DNA from: a virus
Taxonomy: Duplodnaviria; Caudoviricetes
DNA length: 64,000 nt
IMG/VR virus record: IMGVR_UViG_3300038345_000087
Span: 1 to 64,000 of that record
Strand: one strand, 5' to 3'
Made by a program: the position numbers and the translations under genes. A model generated the notes under the pieces. It was not told the DNA's origin, did not search any database, and was given only the letters and a program-made list of their open reading frames with translations. Of this stretch, positions 59,438 through 64,000 are shown in pieces; the first letter of the stretch is position 1, and the number at the start of each line of letters is the position of its first letter.

Positions 59438-60012
59438 TGATTACCATGTGTCTTGATTGGCGCGATTTCCTCTGCGCCGTGGAGGGTTTCGCGGGCGGTT
59501 CTCACCTTCGTCAACACATCTGGCATGAGATAGTAGTTCGTTATATCAAACAGATGGATGACTTGGAGCGTGATACGTTATGGTTCTTCTTCCGGCGTGA
59601 CATTTGGCCTCTTTATTTTGAGAGTGAATTTCACTCGTGTGGTGACAAAGATTTCCTTCAATGTATGGCGGCGATGCACCGTGGCAATTATCGCACTATT
59701 CGTTTCTGTGAAAACGGAAAGAAAAATGGTAAAAGACATGATCAGAGGTGCTATCGATTTCAGAATGAATGGCGCGTGGAAAACTCGTTCACGGGTTTCA
59801 TTCCTGAGAGTTGGATAGTGAAGGTTTCTGACCCTAATCCTGTGCTTGAGCCGTTGTATATTGAACAGGGTAAAGAGCATTGGTGGAGGGATCTCGAAGT
59901 GTATAATACCAACCCTGATGACGTGCGAATACAGACGATGATGGAGGTGAAAAGACATCATCAATCAAGATTGAACAACTATGTCAAAGAGGTTGATTCT
60001 AAAGGCATCTGA
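59438..60012 (+). CDS. Hypothetical protein
   Basis: ORF from ATG 59438. Confidence 0.55.
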
Positions 60013-60208
60013 ATGTAAATGCTGCATTTGTGGTAACGCGGCTGTGGCGTTTTGGCCGAATATCGACCCCGACATTCCATCACATCCGTATTGCCGCAAA
60101 TGCCTCGATGAGCAACAAATCCAGATGCTTACAGCTACATTTTGCGAAGGTGACGAAAAAGCAGCTCGCGCAATGCACAAAGCCTTACAAAAAGACAAAC
60201 AACGATAA
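59981..60208 (+). CDS. Small Zn-finger protein
   Basis: CCICG..CRKC. Confidence 0.55.
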   Translation: MSKRLILKASECKCCICGNAAVAFWPNIDPDIPSHPYCRKCLDEQQIQMLTATFCEGDEKAARAMHKALQKDKQR

Positions 60209-61071
60209 TGACTGTTATTAAGACTACAACACCCATCGCACGCAATGATTACACTTGTGATCTGTGCCATCAACAAATTCCGCATGGCACACGATATAAG
60301 TGTGTTATTCTGCGTGCAGATGGCCGTCTCGTAACTCAGCACGTTCATCAGACATGTCCTGCCACGGTGTCAGAAGCATCATCTTCTGGTGTCGTTTCTA
60401 ATAATCCGCGTCAAACAGCTCCTCTGTTTATCCAGGGGGGGCATACTCCAGAAGATATTTTTCGCCAACAAATACACGCAGACGTTCAGGCACGCCTCCA
60501 TAAGTTTACCCGTGAGGAGAACTTACTGATAGCGTATGCGCCACTGGTTATTACTGAACTCTCTTGGAGGTTCGCTTTTAAGACTGTTGAATTGGCAGCT
60601 CACTATCGTATCTCTGAATTGAAAAAACTGTCACGTACCGTCAAGATGATGTTCGAGAAACAGAGGGGGCAATATCTTAAAGACCTCAAACCGTCACATA
60701 TCAAGCAAATAGAGACACAGACGGACAGATTCATGCAACTGTCATCCTCAGATCTTACCATCCTATATTTCTCTATCAATAACGAACTTAAAAAGAAGTT
60801 TCCAGATCTCTCTTACCTCGATCTGAGAACGGAGGCATGTCGAGCGATGGTGATGCTGAAGTTTCATAAAGAACATCAGAGAAAAATGGATGCGCTCATT
60901 AAGGAGCGTATGGGATATGTCAATCACTATGCAACACCCATACATGATGCTCTTTATGATGCAATGGATGCCTACGCCGATCCTGCTACTGTTGATTTCT
61001 CTGGCCATGTGGCCACATCTATGAAAATCTTACAGAAAAATATAGGTCAAATGGACTTTAAGACGTTCTGA
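60208..61071 (+). CDS. Hypothetical protein with N-terminal Zn ribbon and in-frame G7 tract
   Basis: ARNDYTCDLC..HQTC; G7 at 60435-60441. Confidence 0.65.
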   Translation: MTVIKTTTPIARNDYTCDLCHQQIPHGTRYKCVILRADGRLVTQHVHQTCPATVSEASSSGVVSNNPRQTAPLFIQGGHTPEDIFRQQIHADVQARLHKFTREENLLIAYAPLVITELSWRFAFKTVELAAHYRISELKKLSRTVKMMFEKQRGQYLKDLKPSHIKQIETQTDRFMQLSSSDLTILYFSINNELKKKFPDLSYLDLRTEACRAMVMLKFHKEHQRKMDALIKERMGYVNHYATPIHDALYDAMDAYADPATVDFSGHVATSMKILQKNIGQMDFKTF

Positions 61072-61114
61072 CACTATCGCATGATAATAATAGTTATGTT
61101 TAATAGGACGAAAA

Positions 61115-61933
61115 ATGAGTAAAAAGAAAGGTATTATATATCGGCCTGATGGCCCTGCCCTCGAATACTCTCCGTGGGGATGCAATCTCTATCGAGGTTG
61201 TTCGCATGGTTGCACCTACTGTTATCTTAAACGTGGCTTCCTGAAGAAGTCTCTTGGTGGCAATACTCCGATTTTGGAAAAGAAGGCAGGACGTACACCG
61301 GCTGAAGCATTCCAGAACTTCCGAAAGGAATTGGACGCTAATCGCGTCTCTATCATCGCTGATGGTGGCATTTTCTTCTCTTTTGCTACTGATCCCATGT
61401 TACACGAGACGATCGACCTCACGCTTCAATGTGCATCTTATGCGATGTCTCATGGCGTGCCTGTTCAAATACTCACGAAGGCTACTTGGTGGGCTAAGGA
61501 TCACATGCTTTTGAGCAATCTCTTTATCTATCGCCATCTGCTTCGTATTGGCTTCACGCTGACAGGCCATGATGAAAAGGAACCTGGTGCTCCATCAAAC
61601 CGCGAGCGCATTGAGGTTATGCGTAAGTTGCATGATATTAAAATCACCACCTTCGCATCCATTGAGCCGGTCATAGACTTCGTGGCTTCTCTCGAAATGA
61701 TTTTTGCCATTAAGGATATTTGCCCTGAAATCCGTATCGGATTACTTTCTCCATACTCTCCTAAACGCTACGATTGGAACCAATGTGACCGTTTTGTGGA
61801 TAAGGTGACAGAGGTGGCCAACTATGAAGGGATTACTGTTCATTGGAAGGAATCTATTAACCGCTTCTATCGTGAAGCAAATCCTGAACATCTACATGCA
61901 GATAAAAGTATTACATCTGGTTCTACGATATAA
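61115..61933 (+). CDS. Radical SAM protein (SPL-like)
   Basis: GCSHGCTYCY, TDPM, ILTK, SIEPVI. Confidence 0.85.
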   Translation: MSKKKGIIYRPDGPALEYSPWGCNLYRGCSHGCTYCYLKRGFLKKSLGGNTPILEKKAGRTPAEAFQNFRKELDANRVSIIADGGIFFSFATDPMLHETIDLTLQCASYAMSHGVPVQILTKATWWAKDHMLLSNLFIYRHLLRIGFTLTGHDEKEPGAPSNRERIEVMRKLHDIKITTFASIEPVIDFVASLEMIFAIKDICPEIRIGLLSPYSPKRYDWNQCDRFVDKVTEVANYEGITVHWKESINRFYREANPEHLHADKSITSGSTI

Positions 61934-62228
61934 GTGGTATGATATGATAGCCGATGGCATCAAGAAAGAGGAATACCGCCGCATGACTCCTTATTGGATA
62001 AAGCGTTTGGTACAAAATGCCACGATTGAAGGTGATACCAATGTCATTACTTTTAAGCCATACACACATGTCTGCTTCCATCGGGCTTATACCTCTACAA
62101 CGATGTTATTTGAACTGGATGGATTGGGCGTAGGTTATGGAAAGCCGGAATGGGGAGCGAAAGACGAACGTACTTTCATCTTACGACTCGGAAAACAAGA
62201 ACATTGTATTTGGAAATACATAAAATGA
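61896..62228 (+). CDS. ASCH/PUA-like protein
   Basis: LHLVLRYKWYDMIADGIKKEEYR..YW..RL. Confidence 0.7.
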   Translation: MQIKVLHLVLRYKWYDMIADGIKKEEYRRMTPYWIKRLVQNATIEGDTNVITFKPYTHVCFHRAYTSTTMLFELDGLGVGYGKPEWGAKDERTFILRLGKQEHCIWKYIK

Positions 62229-62635
62229 AACAACCACGTATCTACATATCAGGTCCTATCACAGGACACAGTGACTATAAAGAACGCTTTGCTGAAGCAG
62301 CTGATACGTTACGTAAGGCTGGATGGGTGAAACCTGTCAATCCTACGACGATGTTCGGCTGGTTCCAACCTGTTTTCAACAGACTACCTTATCGGCTTCA
62401 GGTGTTCATTGATTGTATGGTGCTCTCTACGTGTAAAGGCATCTATTTGATGTCGGATTACAATTTGTCTCGTGGTGCCCGTCTTGAAAAGGCTGTGGCA
62501 GAGTTCTTGCAACTATCCATATATGAGCAAAGGCTTAATAATCCTTTCTCGCCTCTAATCAAGTCTTTTGTTGATATGGGAGAGCAAATGTCACGATTTA
62601 GTTCAATCTGTTGCGGTGCATTCGCAACCAAATAA
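62225..62635 (+). CDS. DUF4406-like (nucleoside deoxyribosyltransferase-fold) protein
   Basis: IYISGPITG, VNP, SRGARLE. Confidence 0.8.
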   Translation: MKQPRIYISGPITGHSDYKERFAEAADTLRKAGWVKPVNPTTMFGWFQPVFNRLPYRLQVFIDCMVLSTCKGIYLMSDYNLSRGARLEKAVAEFLQLSIYEQRLNNPFSPLIKSFVDMGEQMSRFSSICCGAFATK

Positions 62636-62657
62636 TAAATAAACAAAATTTCAAATT

Positions 62658-63164
62658 ATGGGTAAACAAAATCTTTCCATCATGGACCGCATCAAGACTT
62701 TCGAGGATGCTGTCAAGGAATTGGGTGAAAAGCACCCCGCCGTATGTGAGTACAATGCCATCGTTTCCGCCGGTCTTGAAACGTCTATGTCTCCTGACAT
62801 TCTCGCATACTTCAAACTTCGTATCATCACCGCCGCACTCAATGATGGCTGGGAGCCTCAGTTTACGGTGGGTGAATATCGCTATTGGCCGTGGTTCTGG
62901 CTCTATACACAAGAGGAAGTGGATGCTATGACCGAAGCGGAGCGTTCTGAGCTGCTGTACGTCGGGGGTTACGCGTCTGACGGTGCGCTATGCGGTATTT
63001 CGTATGCGAACTCGATTTACGCTTTCTCGCTCTCGGACGCGGTCATCGGTGCTCGTCTGGCCTTCAAATCTCAGGAACTCGCGAAGTACGCTGGTCGCCA
63101 GTTCATAGAACTGTGGTCTGATTTTTCGTTCAAACCTGTTGACGGGCATGGCAAAGAAGAATAA
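62658..63164 (+). CDS. Putative DGR target protein with C-terminal variable region
   Basis: RIKTFEDA..AALNDGWEP..; GGYASDGALCG..ANSIYAFSLSDAVIGARL. Confidence 0.65.
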   Translation: MGKQNLSIMDRIKTFEDAVKELGEKHPAVCEYNAIVSAGLETSMSPDILAYFKLRIITAALNDGWEPQFTVGEYRYWPWFWLYTQEEVDAMTEAERSELLYVGGYASDGALCGISYANSIYAFSLSDAVIGARLAFKSQELAKYAGRQFIELWSDFSFKPVDGHGKEE

Positions 63165-63408
63165 CAATAAGCCGCTTGACCAGAAGGCAATTCTCTTACG
63201 AGAAATATCAGAGGTTTTCAAACGCCATCAGGCAGATCCTAATATGTCTGTTGAGGTTTTGGGAGAAATGATGATGCACGTGTTCGTCGCGATGCAAACT
63301 TTCACTCCTGATGACATCACTCCTCATATCCTGGCCTTCTTTGACACCATGAAGGATAAAGCCTCAGAGGTGTTATCACAAGTTCTGGCGGATAGAAACA
63401 AGAATTGA
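63148..63408 (+). CDS. Hypothetical protein
   Basis: Short ORF in operon. Confidence 0.5.
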   Translation: MAKKNNNKPLDQKAILLREISEVFKRHQADPNMSVEVLGEMMMHVFVAMQTFTPDDITPHILAFFDTMKDKASEVLSQVLADRNKN

Positions 63409-63410
63409 CT

Positions 63411-63737
63411 ATGCCTTACGGAGTTTGTAAAATTTGTGGTTGTACGGATAATGATCCGTGTCATAATCCGCTCCACGGTAACTGTTGGTGGGTTGATGAA
63501 ACCCATGAGCTGTGTAGTCATTGTGCAGATAAATCCATCGCTGATGATCCAGCAACACAGCACTGTATTAACAGCAAAGGCTTTGACCCCTATCCTGGCA
63601 TTAAGCGCAAAGACCTTGCTTCTCTTGGTTGTCCTTTTCCTGATGATACTGGTGATATGTGTGCTGAATGTTCGCACATGAGTTTTACAAGCGTATTTAC
63701 AGGTGAATGTGATTTAGGTATAAGAATTGATAATTAA
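63411..63737 (+). CDS. Cys-rich small protein
   Basis: CKICGCTDNDPC..CWWV..LCSHC. Confidence 0.6.
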   Translation: MPYGVCKICGCTDNDPCHNPLHGNCWWVDETHELCSHCADKSIADDPATQHCINSKGFDPYPGIKRKDLASLGCPFPDDTGDMCAECSHMSFTSVFTGECDLGIRIDN

Positions 63738-63750
63738 AGAATATCAAGTA

Positions 63751-64000
63751 ATGAATAGATATATTTGTCGTGCAAAGGCCGTTGAAGATGGCCGTTGGGT
63801 ACAGGGTGAGCCACATACTATGTCCTCACATCCGCACATACATATTTCTGCATTGGAATCTGTTAGAATCAATCCCAATACACTTGGAAGGTTTACGGGC
63901 TGGCGTGATAAGAACGGTAATCCCATTTTTGAGGATGATATTCTGGCATTGACTATTCCTGATGGTACTACTCGACTATTCATTGTAGAGTGGCAACGTC
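63751..64000 (+). CDS. YopX-family protein (partial)
   Basis: CRAK..WVQG..TLGRFTGWRDKNGNPIFEDDIL; runs off the window. Confidence 0.75.
   Translation, partial: MNRYICRAKAVEDGRWVQGEPHTMSSHPHIHISALESVRINPNTLGRFTGWRDKNGNPIFEDDILALTIPDGTTRLFIVEWQR

Noticed and set aside
1-64000. tRNA/rRNA genes, integrase, transposase, reverse transcriptase
   Set aside because: None recognisable by eye; a tRNAscan/HMM search would be needed to exclude them

Overview
64 kb of a large Bacteroidota (Prevotella-like) extrachromosomal phage-plasmid or plasmid-prophage. Host group is inferred from TTTG-N20-TAnnTTTG promoters and DLPF-tailed replication proteins. No capsid, terminase or portal gene is recognisable in this window. 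Layout: GTGCC-rich tandem repeats (1-213); a C-rich early/leading region (413-15000) with an LPD1 polyvalent protein, a DUF4942-type methyltransferase and a truncated NAD-dependent ligase; a plasmid replicon (parA, small RHH partner, iterons, Rep_3 initiator); lipoproteins; a minus-strand DNA/nucleotide-modification operon; an XRE regulator; replication genes (exonuclease, primase-helicase, SSB-like, beta clamp); tail and tape-measure genes; an ACP plus ketosynthase pair; thyX and small phage genes. The main finding is a circularly permuted C5-cytosine methyltransferase core with no target-recognition domain (41002-42252). It is flanked by an array of about 9 tiny, overlapping ORFs that resemble single TRD modules and nearly all end in (I/L/V)E(Y/W/C)xx-stop; a tenth copy lies at 21657-21909. 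Most of these ORFs, the core, and most genes of the second modification operon carry G6-G10 coding-strand tracts, about half out of frame. This suggests a combinatorial, phase-variable methylation system with specificity modules supplied in trans. A DGR-like variable region lies at about 62955-63060. All family assignments come from motif recognition, not database searches.
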